DNA of 64,000 bases from Alphaproteobacteria bacterium (GCA_965248835.1 CBDFLJ010000002.1:1152001-1216000); one strand, 5' to 3'; positions 50,073 through 60,354 are shown, counted from the first letter of the stretch. Made by a program: numbers and translations. Notes: generated by a model not told the origin, from the letters alone.

Positions 50073-52154
50073 ATGCGCCCCGAGATTCTTTTCCCGTTGT
50101 TCGCCGCGGTCCGCTCCCTGCCTGGGGTCGGGCCCAGGATCGGCAAGGCGATCGAACGGCTGGCCGGCGCGCGGGTGGCGGACCTGCTGTGGCACCTGCC
50201 GACGGGAATCATCGACCGCCGTTTCTCGCCCAATCTGGTCGATGCACCGGAAAAGGCCGTGGTTACGGTCACCGTCGAGGTCGACGGCCACCAGCCGCCG
50301 GGCAACCCGCGCGCGCCCTACCGGGTGGTCTGCCATGACCAGACCGCGGCGCTCGATCTGGTCTTTTTCAATGCCAATGCGGAATATCTGGAGGGCATGC
50401 TGCCGGCGGGCGAGACCCGGGTGGTGAGCGGCCGGATCGAGCGCTACCGCGACCGGCTGCAGATGACCCATCCCGACCATGTCGGCCGGGAGGGAGAGAT
50501 GGCCGCCCTGCGGCGCCTCGAGCCGGTCTATCCGCTGACGACCGGCCTGACGGCCAGGCCGCTCGCCCGGGCGATCGGCGAGGCGCTGGCGCTGGCGCCC
50601 GACCTGGAGGAATGGAACGACCCGGCCTGGATGGCGCGCCGCGCCTGGCCGGGCTGGATCGAGGCGCTGCGCGCGGCCCACAACCCGGAAAGCGCCGGAG
50701 ATCTGGAGCCCGGAGCACCGGCCCGTCAACGCCTCGCCTATGATGAGCTCCTGGCCAACCAACTCGCGCTGGGGTTGGTCCGATTGCGCCGCCGCGAACG
50801 TCCGGGCCGGGTGATCGCCGGCGATGGCCGGCTCGCCGCGGCGGCGCGGGAGGCGTTGGGGTTCGCCCTCACCCGGGCCCAGGAGGAAGCGGTGCGCGAG
50901 ATCTCCGACGACATGGGGGCTGCAGAGCGGATGATCCGCCTGCTCCAGGGCGATGTCGGCAGCGGCAAGACCGTGGTCGCCTTCCTTGCGATGCTGGAAG
51001 CCGTGGAAAGCGGCGCACAGGCCGCCCTGATGGCCCCCACGGAGATCCTCGCCCGGCAGCATTTTGCCACCATCGGGTCCCTGGCCGAGCGCATCGGCGT
51101 CGCCGGCGTGCTGCTGACCGGGCGCGAGCGCGGCAGGACCAGGGCTGCCGCGCTCGAGGGGCTCAAGGCCGGCACGCTCTCGATCGCCGTCGGCACCCAT
51201 GCGCTCCAGGAGCAGGCGGTCGAATTCGCCGATCTCGCACTTGTCGTAATCGACGAACAGCACCGGTTCGGGGTCGACCAGCGCGTCGCGCTCGCCGACA
51301 AGGGCAGGGCGGTCGATATGCTGGTGATGACCGCAACGCCCATCCCGCGCACGCTGATGATGTCGGCGTACGGCGACATGGATGTCTCCCGCCTGCTCGA
51401 AAAGCCGCCCGGCCGGCGGCCGGTCGATACCCGCGTGCTGCCGCTCGACCGGCTGGATGCGGTGGTCGAGCGGCTGCGCGGGGCGATCGCCGAAGGGGCG
51501 AGGATCTACTGGGTGTGCCCGCTGGTCGAGGACTCCGAGTCGCTCGACCTCGCGGCCGCGACCGAGCGCCACGCGGCGCTCGAGGCCTGGTTCGGCGACC
51601 GTGTCGGCCTGCTCCACGGCCGGATGAAAGGCCCGCAGAAAGACGCGGTCATGGGCCGCTTCGCCGACGGCGACATCGACATCCTGGTGGCGACCACGGT
51701 GATCGAGGTCGGGCTCGATGTCGCCGACGCGACGGTGATGGTGATCGAGCACGCCGAGCGGTTCGGCCTGGCCCAGCTCCACCAGCTCCGCGGCCGGGTG
51801 GGGCGCGGCGTGACCGCCTCGTTCTGCCTGTTGCTCTACGGCAGCCCGCTCACCGAGGCAGCGCGGGCCAGGCTGGCCGTCATGCGTGAGACCGATGACG
51901 GGTTTCGCATCGCGGAGGAGGATTTGCGGCTGCGCGGTGCGGGCGAGCTCCTGGGCACCAGGCAATCGGGCCTGCCGGCGTTCCGGCTCGCCGACCTGGC
52001 CGCCCACGCGGCGCTGTTCGACGTCGCCCGCGACGATGCGCGGCTGATCATCGAGCGTGATCCGGAGCTTGCCACCGCGCGCGGCCAGGCGCTGCGGACC
52101 TTGCTCTATTTGTTCGAGCGCGACGCCGTGGTCCGGACCGTCCGGTCGGGCTGA
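50073..52154 (+). CDS. recG: ATP-dependent DNA helicase RecG
   Basis: MRPEILFPLF, QGDVGSGKT, DEQHRFGV and QLRGRVGRG motifs. Confidence 0.97.
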   Translation: MRPEILFPLFAAVRSLPGVGPRIGKAIERLAGARVADLLWHLPTGIIDRRFSPNLVDAPEKAVVTVTVEVDGHQPPGNPRAPYRVVCHDQTAALDLVFFNANAEYLEGMLPAGETRVVSGRIERYRDRLQMTHPDHVGREGEMAALRRLEPVYPLTTGLTARPLARAIGEALALAPDLEEWNDPAWMARRAWPGWIEALRAAHNPESAGDLEPGAPARQRLAYDELLANQLALGLVRLRRRERPGRVIAGDGRLAAAAREALGFALTRAQEEAVREISDDMGAAERMIRLLQGDVGSGKTVVAFLAMLEAVESGAQAALMAPTEILARQHFATIGSLAERIGVAGVLLTGRERGRTRAAALEGLKAGTLSIAVGTHALQEQAVEFADLALVVIDEQHRFGVDQRVALADKGRAVDMLVMTATPIPRTLMMSAYGDMDVSRLLEKPPGRRPVDTRVLPLDRLDAVVERLRGAIAEGARIYWVCPLVEDSESLDLAAATERHAALEAWFGDRVGLLHGRMKGPQKDAVMGRFADGDIDILVATTVIEVGLDVADATVMVIEHAERFGLAQLHQLRGRVGRGVTASFCLLLYGSPLTEAARARLAVMRETDDGFRIAEEDLRLRGAGELLGTRQSGLPAFRLADLAAHAALFDVARDDARLIIERDPELATARGQALRTLLYLFERDAVVRTVRSG

Positions 52155-52985
52155 TTATGCCGGCTGCTTTTTTTCCGAACCCTCGGCGCCGGTGTCGTCG
52201 TCCTCGTCCGCATCGGGCTCGGGAATCGCCTCGACCAGCCTTTCGTAGGGCACGGTCTGCTCGTCCAGGTTGGCGCGGGCGACCCGCTTGACCGCCTTCC
52301 GCGCGGCGGGGCGACGGTCCTCCGGCGTGACGATGCCGCCCGAGACAACCATCTTGATGCCTTCCTCGACCGTCATCGACAGGATCACCAGCTCGCGTCT
52401 GGGAATGAACAACAGATAGCCCGAGGTCGGGTTGGGCGTCGTCGGCAGGAAGACGTTGACCACCTCGTCCTCGGTGAGCTCCTGGACCTCGCCCAGAGTC
52501 TGGCCGGTGATGAAACCCAAGGCCCAGCTCCCCCGGCGCGGATACTCGAACAGGACCACCTGCCGGAACGCGTTCGACTGCTGCTTCAACACCGTCTCGA
52601 AGATCTGTTTGGTGGCACTGTAGACGCTGCGGATCACCGGCATCCTGGCCAGCAACTGTTCGCTGATCGACATCCACATTCGGCCGACGGCGCCGGCCGC
52701 GGCCGCCCCGATGATGGTCAGCAGGATGAACACGATTACCAGGCCGAGCCCCGGAATGGAGAACGGCAGGTAGGTCTCGGGGTTATATGCCGGCGGGATA
52801 AGCGGCGTGACCTTGCTGTCGATCCAGTTGATGATCAGCCAGGCGATATAGAAGGTGATGACGATCGGCGCGGTGACCAGAACGCCGGCGAAGAAATAGG
52901 CGCGGATCCGCCGGCCGACGCGCAGCCGCCGGCGCTGCGCCAGCCGCCGGCGGCCTCTGGTTTCAGCCTTGACCGCGTCGTTCAT
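52155..52985 (-). CDS. DUF502 domain protein
   Basis: YFFAGVLVTAPI, EYPRRG and FLPTTPNPTSGYL motifs. Confidence 0.88.
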   Translation of the reverse strand: MNDAVKAETRGRRRLAQRRRLRVGRRIRAYFFAGVLVTAPIVITFYIAWLIINWIDSKVTPLIPPAYNPETYLPFSIPGLGLVIVFILLTIIGAAAAGAVGRMWMSISEQLLARMPVIRSVYSATKQIFETVLKQQSNAFRQVVLFEYPRRGSWALGFITGQTLGEVQELTEDEVVNVFLPTTPNPTSGYLLFIPRRELVILSMTVEEGIKMVVSGGIVTPEDRRPAARKAVKRVARANLDEQTVPYERLVEAIPEPDADEDDDTGAEGSEKKQPA

Positions 52986-53129
52986 CGTGGCGTCTCCGCT
53001 TGGCTGGATTCGACGCATTCCCGCAACCAACCTGTGACTGGAATCCGCCCCGTCAAGAGCCAATCAACCTGCTTCGAAAGAACGCTCCAATCGAGGTCGA
53101 AGGCATGACGTCGCTCTGCGCGGGCGCTT

Positions 53130-53777
53130 TTATTCCGCCGCCTGGACCGCGCTGTCCTGGCGCGCGAGATCGAGGACCTGGAGAATGACCTCCGGTGACT
53201 GGGCGCCGGAGACGGCGTAGCGCCCGGCGATGACGTAGCACGGCACGCCGTTGACGCCCAGGAGGCGCACTTGCTGGTCTTCGGCGATCAGCCGGGCGCG
53301 GTCTTCATCGGTGGCCAGATAGGCCGCGAGCGCCCGGCCGTCGAGCCCGAGCTCGCCGCCCAGCGATACCAGCGTCGCGTGATCGCCGATGTCGCGCCCG
53401 TCGACGAAATAGGCGCTGAACAGCCGGTCGACCATCTCGGGAGCGATGCCGTAGCTGGCGGCGTAGGCGATCATACGGTGGGAATCCAAGGTGTTCGGGG
53501 TCCGCTCGATCGCCTCGAAGCGGAACGCGATGCCTTCCTGGCGGCCCGACCTTTCCAGGGACTGGCTGTGCCGCTGGGCCCGCTGCAGCCCGCCGAACTT
53601 GGCCGCCATATAGCTGCGGCGCTCCCTGCCTTCGGGCGGAGTCCGCGGGTCGAGCTGGAAGGGCCGCCAGACGAAGACGACATCGAGTTCGGGGCGCGCG
53701 GCCAGGGCCCGGGACAGGCGGGTTTGCCCGATATAGCACCACGGGCAGATGGTATCGATGATGACGTCGATCTGCAT
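53130..53777 (-). CDS. DsbA family oxidoreductase (FrnE-like)
   Basis: DTICPWCYIG, WRPFQL, PNTLDSH and GVP...SGAQ motifs. Confidence 0.9.
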   Translation of the reverse strand: MQIDVIIDTICPWCYIGQTRLSRALAARPELDVVFVWRPFQLDPRTPPEGRERRSYMAAKFGGLQRAQRHSQSLERSGRQEGIAFRFEAIERTPNTLDSHRMIAYAASYGIAPEMVDRLFSAYFVDGRDIGDHATLVSLGGELGLDGRALAAYLATDEDRARLIAEDQQVRLLGVNGVPCYVIAGRYAVSGAQSPEVILQVLDLARQDSAVQAAE

Positions 53778-53875
53778 GGAGCACCCAATGCGCGACGCAT
53801 ATGCGCAGCCTCGGCCGTGATACGGGCTTTGATACGGCCCCACAACCCACAAAGCGATCCGCTCCGGCGTGCAGC

Positions 53876-54853
53876 CTAGCGCACGCCGAGAAAATGGATG
53901 CTGAACATCGCGCCGGCATCGGTCCATGCCGAGATCGGCTCGAACCCGGCGCTGCGCGCGAGGCCGCGAAACTCCTCGATTGTGTATTTGTAGGAGTTCT
54001 CGGTGTGGATGCTCTCGCCTTCCCCGAAGGCGAATGCATGCCCATCGACATGGACCGTCTGCGGCCGGGTGCTGACCAGGTGCATCTCGATCCGGCCGAG
54101 GCCGCGGTTGTAGGGCGCATCATGGCTGAAGCCCGCGAGATCGAAATCGCCGCCGAGCTCGCGGTTGATGCGTACCAGGAGGTTCTCGTTGAACGCCGCG
54201 CTGATCCCTTCGTGGTCGTTGTAGGCGGCGATCAGGAGGGCTTCGTCCTTTTTCAGATCGACGCCGATCAGGAGCACTGCGCCCTTGCCCAGGGTTCCGG
54301 CGACCAGCGCGAGGAAGTCCCTGGCTTCCTCGGGGGTGAAATTGCCGATGGTCGAGCCAGGAAAGAATCCGACGCGCATCCCGTCCGCCGCCTCCGCGGC
54401 GGCCCCGACGGCGACGCCGCGGGTGTAATCGGCGCAGATCGCCTCCACGGCCAGGTCCGGAAATCCGTCGGCGATCCTGCCCGCGGCTTCGATCAGATGC
54501 GCGCGCGAGATATCGATCGCGGTATAGGCGCCGGGCCGGTCGAGGGCTGCGAGCAGCAGCCGGATCTTGACGGAAGATCCGCTGCCGAACTCGATCACAT
54601 GGCAGAAGCTGCCGATGATCTCGGCGAATTCCGGGCCATGGCGTTCCAGGAGCCCAATCTCGGTGCGGGTCGGGTAGTACGCCTCCAGCGCGCAGATCCG
54701 GTCGAACAGCTCGGAGCCGGCCTTGTCGTAGAAGAACTTGCAGGGAAGCGTCTTGGGCTTACCGGAAAGCCCGGCCAGGACGGCGGCCTTGAAGTCCTCG
54801 ACCTGCGGCCCGTCGTCGCGGAATCGGATCCTCGGTCCGGCTGTGAAGTCCAC
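53876..54853 (-). CDS. egtD: L-histidine N(alpha)-methyltransferase EgtD-like
   Basis: KFFYD..GS.LF..IC....YYPTRTE, EFGSGSS.K, FFPGSTIGN and IHTENSYKY motifs. Confidence 0.9.
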   Translation of the reverse strand: MDFTAGPRIRFRDDGPQVEDFKAAVLAGLSGKPKTLPCKFFYDKAGSELFDRICALEAYYPTRTEIGLLERHGPEFAEIIGSFCHVIEFGSGSSVKIRLLLAALDRPGAYTAIDISRAHLIEAAGRIADGFPDLAVEAICADYTRGVAVGAAAEAADGMRVGFFPGSTIGNFTPEEARDFLALVAGTLGKGAVLLIGVDLKKDEALLIAAYNDHEGISAAFNENLLVRINRELGGDFDLAGFSHDAPYNRGLGRIEMHLVSTRPQTVHVDGHAFAFGEGESIHTENSYKYTIEEFRGLARSAGFEPISAWTDAGAMFSIHFLGVR

Positions 54854-54958
54854 GGAAATGCCTCTCTATTCCATTGTCGAACCGGACGTTCGACGTTCCG
54901 AAGGCGTCAACAATATCGTAGGCACGGTTTCCCAACCCAGTCGGACGAGCAGGCGGGA

Positions 54959-56176
54959 TCAGCGGCTGGGCGGGACGCGGCGGCGCACGGTGAGAAACGT
55001 CGCAACCGCCAGCACCGCCAGAATGCCCGCGATCAGAAAAACCAGGTCCGGACGGCCGGCGTCCATGACCAAGCCGAATACCAGCGGCATTATCGCCGTG
55101 CCGATATGCGCGCCGGTGGAAACGAAGGCGAAGACTTTTCCATGATCGCCGTGCGGGGTCGCGGCGTGGACCATCAAATCGCGCGTGCCCTGGACGATTC
55201 CGCGCAGGAACCCGGCCATGGTCAGGACCCCGACGAGCAGGGCGATCGGCAGCGAGCCGTTTCCGGCCATCAACAGCATGGCGCCCGAACCGAGCAGCCC
55301 GATAACCGCGGTGATGCTCCTGGCTCCCAAGCGGTCGGCCAGCACCCCGCCGGCGAGGATCCCAGCCGCACCGCCCAGGATGAACCCCGTCAGCGCGCCG
55401 TTCGCGGTTGCGAGAGGCATCGAATAGATCCCCACCAGGGCCGAGGGCGCGAACGCCCGGACCCCGGTGAAGGCGGTATTCATGATGATGAAGAACAGGA
55501 AGCACAACAGGATCGGAGTCGAGACCAGCAGCCCGATACCGGCCCGCAGCCCACCGAGCCCCCCGCTCCGGGCGTTGCGCGGGCTCTCCGGTTCGGTCCC
55601 GTCGAGCCGGCTGCCGAAAGGGATCAGCGCGATCGCAAACGCGAGGCCGACGACGCCGATCAGCAGGAACGCGGCACGCCAGTCCCACAGCGCGGTCAGG
55701 GAGACCATGGTCATCGGGGCGATCGCGGTGCCGATGTTGCCGCTGAAGGAATGAAGCGTGTAGGCGCGGCCGAGCCGCCTCTCAGGCACGGTGCGCGACA
55801 GGATGGAATAGTCCGCCGGGTGATAGACCGAATGCGCGAGGCCGGCGATTGTGAACAGCGCCAGCAGCGACCAATAGGAGCCGGCGAACGCGACCAGGCC
55901 TATGGCGATCGACTGGATGAGCAGGCCGCCGATCAGGACGCGCCGGCCGCCGATCCGGTCGACCACGAAGCCGCACGGCACCTGGCCCAGCGCGGTGGCT
56001 ATGCTGAAGACGCTCAGCACCAGGCCGAGCGCGGTATAGGAGACGTTGAAATCGGCGACCAGCAGGGGAAACAGCGGCGGCAGGCTGAACTGGTAGACGT
56101 GGCTCATCATGTGGGCCAGCCCGATCAGCGAGATGACCCGAACCGACCCCCCGAGGCTCGCCGACGGTGCGCTCAT
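54959..56176 (-). CDS. MFS transporter (Fsr-like), paralog B
   Basis: AHMMSH, VDRIGGRR and HSVYHPADY motifs; 12 TM. True start taken as ATG 56176 rather than the long ORF-track start. Confidence 0.85.
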   Translation of the reverse strand: MSAPSASLGGSVRVISLIGLAHMMSHVYQFSLPPLFPLLVADFNVSYTALGLVLSVFSIATALGQVPCGFVVDRIGGRRVLIGGLLIQSIAIGLVAFAGSYWSLLALFTIAGLAHSVYHPADYSILSRTVPERRLGRAYTLHSFSGNIGTAIAPMTMVSLTALWDWRAAFLLIGVVGLAFAIALIPFGSRLDGTEPESPRNARSGGLGGLRAGIGLLVSTPILLCFLFFIIMNTAFTGVRAFAPSALVGIYSMPLATANGALTGFILGGAAGILAGGVLADRLGARSITAVIGLLGSGAMLLMAGNGSLPIALLVGVLTMAGFLRGIVQGTRDLMVHAATPHGDHGKVFAFVSTGAHIGTAIMPLVFGLVMDAGRPDLVFLIAGILAVLAVATFLTVRRRVPPSR

Positions 56177-57390
56177 CTTCCGTACCGCCCGCGCACTGTC
56201 GCGAAGCTCAGCAGCGCGAGCCCCATCAGGACCGCGGAAATCCAGAACACCCAGCTCGCCGGATAGAGGTCGAGGATGAAGCCGAAGCCCAACGGCACCA
56301 GCCCGCCGGCGAGGTTCGCCCCGCTGGACACGAAGCCCATCACGCGCCCCATCGCGCCGTCGGGCGTCACCGAGCGCAGCAGAAGATCGCGCGAAGGCAG
56401 GATGAACCCGGTCAGAAAGCCGACCGCGGTCAGGCAGCATGTCAAGACCGGCAGCGGCATCGAAACCGTGCCCACCGCGGCGGTCAACAGCGCCGCCGGG
56501 ACCAGGGTCAGGAGCGCGGTGCCGATCCGCGGGCCGTAACGATCGGCAACCTGAGCACCGACCAGGATCCCGACCGCGCTTCCGACCAGCAGCCCGAACA
56601 GGGCGATGTTGACGACTGCGAGCGGCGTCCGGAAAAGCTGGTCGAGCGCGGCGACCGCGAAGGCCCGCAGCCCCCCCATGCCGGCCATCTGGCTTACGAA
56701 GTAGAAGAAGCACATCACGATCGGCGCGGACACGAGTAGCCCGATCCCCGCCCGGGTGCCGTCGATCCGCCTGCCGCCGTCCGCCGCGCGGGCGATCCTG
56801 TCCTGCCGGTCCTGATCGAGCAGTCCGCGGTTGAGGAACACGAGCAGGGAGACCGCCACGCCGACCGCACCGATCGCCAGGAACGCTGCCCGCCAGTGCC
56901 AGAGCTCGGCCACGGTGACCATGAAGACCGGCGCGATCGCGAACCCGAGCGTGCCGGTGAAGGAATGGATGCCGTAGGCCCGTCCCAGCCGGCTTTCCGC
57001 CACGGTGGCGGTCAGGATCGCGTAGTCGGCGGGGTGGTAGACCGTATGGGCGGCGCCGGCCAGGCCGCACAGCACCGTGACCTGCCAATAGGACTCGCAC
57101 AGCCCGATCAGAGCGATGGCGCTGCCCTGCACCGCCATGCCGGCGATCAGCAGGACGCGCCCGCCGATCCGGTCGACCAGGAAACCGACCGGGATCTGTC
57201 CCAGCCCGGCGGCGAGCCCGAAGGCGGTCAGCGCGAGGCTGAGCTCGGTGTAGCTGACGCCGAAGGCGTCTTTCAGCAACGGGAACAGCGGCGGCAGGAC
57301 CAGGAAATAGGCGTGGCTCAGCATGTGCGGCACGCAGACGAGCGCGATCACCTTGCCGTCGCGGCCGAATGTCGCGCTGACCTGCGCCAT
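56173..57390 (-). CDS. MFS transporter (Fsr-like), paralog A
   Basis: PHMLSH, LVDRIGGR and HTVYHPADY motifs; 12 TM. Confidence 0.85.
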   Translation of the reverse strand: MAQVSATFGRDGKVIALVCVPHMLSHAYFLVLPPLFPLLKDAFGVSYTELSLALTAFGLAAGLGQIPVGFLVDRIGGRVLLIAGMAVQGSAIALIGLCESYWQVTVLCGLAGAAHTVYHPADYAILTATVAESRLGRAYGIHSFTGTLGFAIAPVFMVTVAELWHWRAAFLAIGAVGVAVSLLVFLNRGLLDQDRQDRIARAADGGRRIDGTRAGIGLLVSAPIVMCFFYFVSQMAGMGGLRAFAVAALDQLFRTPLAVVNIALFGLLVGSAVGILVGAQVADRYGPRIGTALLTLVPAALLTAAVGTVSMPLPVLTCCLTAVGFLTGFILPSRDLLLRSVTPDGAMGRVMGFVSSGANLAGGLVPLGFGFILDLYPASWVFWISAVLMGLALLSFATVRGRYGR

Positions 57391-57717
57391 TGCTTCACCT
57401 GCCGGGTTGCCGAGATCGATCGCCGCCGCGCGGCGGCCGCACGATACAGGGCCGCGCCGAGCCAAGCCAGTCCGGGATCCGGGCGAACCGTCACTGCCCA
57501 TCTCTCGTCAGGCTGTCCTGGTCGATGCCGTCCGGGACGCCCCTCTGCCCTGGATTTCTTGCGCGGGCTGCGGCCGGCGGGTCCGGCTGGAGCGGCCGAT
57601 CGACGGCCCGGTCGTCCGCATGGCCGGAGCGCGGGCGAAAACCGTTGCGCGGCCGGCGCGCGGCGGGGACGATGGCACCGCGTCCGGATCGCATCCAGCA
57701 GCGCGGAAAGGGGCCCC

Positions 57718-58713
57718 ATGACGATCGACATCTACACCCACATCTTTCCAGGTGATTTCTACGCCCAGATGACCAAGGCCGCGCCGCGGCTGGACAACAT
57801 CGGCAAGCGGATGCAGCAGGTCACGATGATCCACGACCTCGATGTGCGGTTCCGGCTGATGGACCGGTTCGAGGCCTACGGCCAGGTGATCTCGCTGCCC
57901 AATCCGCCGCTGGAGGACATCACCGATCCGCGGACCGGCACGGCGCTGGCGCGTATCGCCAACGATGCGATGGCCGGCGTCGTTGCGCGCCATCCCGACC
58001 GGTTCCCCGCCTTCATCGCCGCGCTTGCGATGCACGACATGGACCAGGCGATGGACGAGCTCCACCGGGCGATCCGCGATCTCGGCGCCCGCGGCATCCA
58101 GATCTTCACCAACGTCGCGGGCAAGCCGCTGGATCTGCCCGAGTTCCAGCCGCTGTTCGCGGCCATGGCCGAGTACGACCTGCCGATCTGGATGCATCCC
58201 GCGCGCGCCGCCGACATGCCCGATTACAAGGCCGAGGCGCGCTCCCGCTACGAGATGTGGTGGTGTTTCGGCTGGCCCTACGAGACCTCTATCGCCATGA
58301 CCCGGCTGGTCTTTTCGGGCCTGTTCGACCGCCACCCGGGGATCAAGATCATCACCCATCACATGGGCGGCATGATCCCGTTCTTCGACGGTCGGATCGG
58401 CGCGGGCATGGAGGTGCTGGGCCAGCGCACGACCGATGAGGACCATTCCGAGGTGCTGTCGTCGCTGAAGCGGCCGCATCTGGACTATTTCAAGATGTTC
58501 TACGGCGACACTGCGATGTTCGGCAGCAATCTCGGCATCAAGTGCGGACTGGAGTTCTTCGGCATCGACCACGTGGTGTTCTCGACCGACTGCCCGTTCG
58601 CCCCGGTGCCCGAGACCTTCGCCTCGATTGACGCGCTGGACCTGGACGATGCCGACCGCGAGAAGCTGTTCGGCGGCAACGCGCGACGCCTGATGCGCCT
58701 CGACGAGGGATGA
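57718..58713 (+). CDS. Amidohydrolase_2 family protein (ACMSD/LigW-like decarboxylase or hydratase)
   Basis: IDIYTH, GIQIFTN, PIWMHP, FGWPYETS, ITHHMGG and FSTDCPF motifs. Confidence 0.85.
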   Translation: MTIDIYTHIFPGDFYAQMTKAAPRLDNIGKRMQQVTMIHDLDVRFRLMDRFEAYGQVISLPNPPLEDITDPRTGTALARIANDAMAGVVARHPDRFPAFIAALAMHDMDQAMDELHRAIRDLGARGIQIFTNVAGKPLDLPEFQPLFAAMAEYDLPIWMHPARAADMPDYKAEARSRYEMWWCFGWPYETSIAMTRLVFSGLFDRHPGIKIITHHMGGMIPFFDGRIGAGMEVLGQRTTDEDHSEVLSSLKRPHLDYFKMFYGDTAMFGSNLGIKCGLEFFGIDHVVFSTDCPFAPVPETFASIDALDLDDADREKLFGGNARRLMRLDEG

Positions 58714-60299
58714 GCGAAGCGCTCTTCATTCGCGGCGGGACCCTCATCGACGGCACCGGCGGCCCCGGCGTCCGCGCCGATGTCGCGGTCCGCGACGGCC
58801 GGATCGCCGCGCTGGGCAGCGACATCACCGCCGGCGGGGCGCGGGTGATCAATGCCGCAGGCAAGGTCGTTGCGCCCGGCTTCATCGACATCAAGACCCA
58901 TTCGGACTGGACGCTGCCGCTGATGCCGCTGGCCGAGAGCAAGGTCCGCCAGGGCGTGACCACCGAGGTGATCGGCCATTGCGGCTATTCCTGCGCGCCT
59001 GCGCTGCCGGGCAAGGCCGAAGCGCTTGCCCAGTATCTGAGCCCGAGCGCGCCGTGGCTCGAATTCCGGGAGACGACGTTCGCGGACTATGCCGCGCGCT
59101 ATCCGCAGACTTCGGTCAACCGGGTGATGCTGGTCGGCCACAACACGCTGCGGCTGATGAGCATGGGCATGGACGACCGGCCGCCCGAACCCGATGAGCT
59201 CGACCTGATGGTCCGGCTCCTGGAAGAGGCGCTCGACGGCGGTGCGCTGGGCCTGTCCTCGGGGTTGTTCACCGCGCCCGGATCCTATGCCGAGAGCGAG
59301 GAGCTGGTGACGCTCGGCCGTATCCTCAAGGCCCGCGGAGCGCGCTATTTCACCCACCTGCGCGATGAGGCCAACACCGTCTTCGATGCCGTCGAGGAGG
59401 CGATCGTGTTCGCCGAACAGACCGGCGTCCACGTGCAGATCGTCCACATCAAGCTGTCGGGGATGGACAACTGGGGCGGCGCGGAGCGGTTGATCGACCG
59501 GCTGGAGGCGGCGCGGCGCGGCGGCGCGGCGATCGATTGCGACCAGTACCCCTATACGGCGGCGAGCAACCCGTTGCGCAACCTGTTCCCGACCTGGCTG
59601 CAGGAGGGTGGAATCGATGTCATGCTGGGCCGGCTTTCGCACCCTGACGTCCGCGCGCGCCTGCGCGCCGATGTTGCGCGCGACGGGCTGAACAATTTCG
59701 GCCGGATTCCGTCATGGGGTGCGGTCCGCATCTCGATTTCACCCGACCAAGCGCATTATGCCGGGCGAACGGTCGCCGAGATTGCGGCCGAGCGCGGCGT
59801 CGATCCGTTCGATGCCGCGCTCGATTACATCCTCGCCGACCGCGGCCAGACCCGCGTCCTGGTCACTTCGATCTCCGAAGACGACGTCAAGGCGTTGATC
59901 GCCGCGCCGAAGGTGATGGTCGGCTCGGACGGAAATGCGGTCGCGCCCTACGGAACGACCGGCCAGGGCAAGCCGCACCCGCGGTTCTACGGCACGTTCG
60001 CGCGCATCCTGGGTCATTACGTGCGCGGGTTGGGTCTGCTGCCGATCGAGACGGCAATCCACAAGATGACCGGCGCTTCGGCCGCTGCGCTCGGCCTTGC
60101 CGACCGCGGTGTGCTGCGCGCCGGTGCGGCCGCCGACATCACCGTCTTCGATCACGACACCATCGCGGAACAGGCGAGCTACCAGGACCCCCACCGGTTC
60201 GCCACCGGAGTCGATCATGTGCTGGTCAACGGCACCGCGGTGCTCGCCTACGGCGAGCACACCGAGGCGGTCCCTGGCCGCATGCTGCGGCGGCAGTAG
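58710..60299 (+). CDS. N-acyl-D-amino-acid deacylase (D-aminoacylase) family protein
   Basis: IDGTG, PGFID.KTHSD, QGVTT..IGHCG, DQYPY, GSD and HPRFYGTF motifs. Confidence 0.88.
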   Translation: MSEALFIRGGTLIDGTGGPGVRADVAVRDGRIAALGSDITAGGARVINAAGKVVAPGFIDIKTHSDWTLPLMPLAESKVRQGVTTEVIGHCGYSCAPALPGKAEALAQYLSPSAPWLEFRETTFADYAARYPQTSVNRVMLVGHNTLRLMSMGMDDRPPEPDELDLMVRLLEEALDGGALGLSSGLFTAPGSYAESEELVTLGRILKARGARYFTHLRDEANTVFDAVEEAIVFAEQTGVHVQIVHIKLSGMDNWGGAERLIDRLEAARRGGAAIDCDQYPYTAASNPLRNLFPTWLQEGGIDVMLGRLSHPDVRARLRADVARDGLNNFGRIPSWGAVRISISPDQAHYAGRTVAEIAAERGVDPFDAALDYILADRGQTRVLVTSISEDDVKALIAAPKVMVGSDGNAVAPYGTTGQGKPHPRFYGTFARILGHYVRGLGLLPIETAIHKMTGASAAALGLADRGVLRAGAAADITVFDHDTIAEQASYQDPHRFATGVDHVLVNGTAVLAYGEHTEAVPGRMLRRQ

Positions 60300-60354
60300 G
60301 GGGTCGGCGGCTGAATATACCGGTCGAACACGCCGGTCCAGGCGCGCCGCGGAC

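Noticed and set aside
54959-57100. Apparent 713-aa MFS fusion
   Set aside because: The N-terminal part is an out-of-frame read of the upstream MFS gene; the real start is the ATG at 56176 in an ATGA overlap.
56896-57717. Long N-terminal extension on the amidohydrolase ORF
   Set aside because: It overlaps the opposite-strand MFS gene and is low-complexity; the family N-terminus (MTIDIYTH) begins at 57718 after an AAGGGG RBS.
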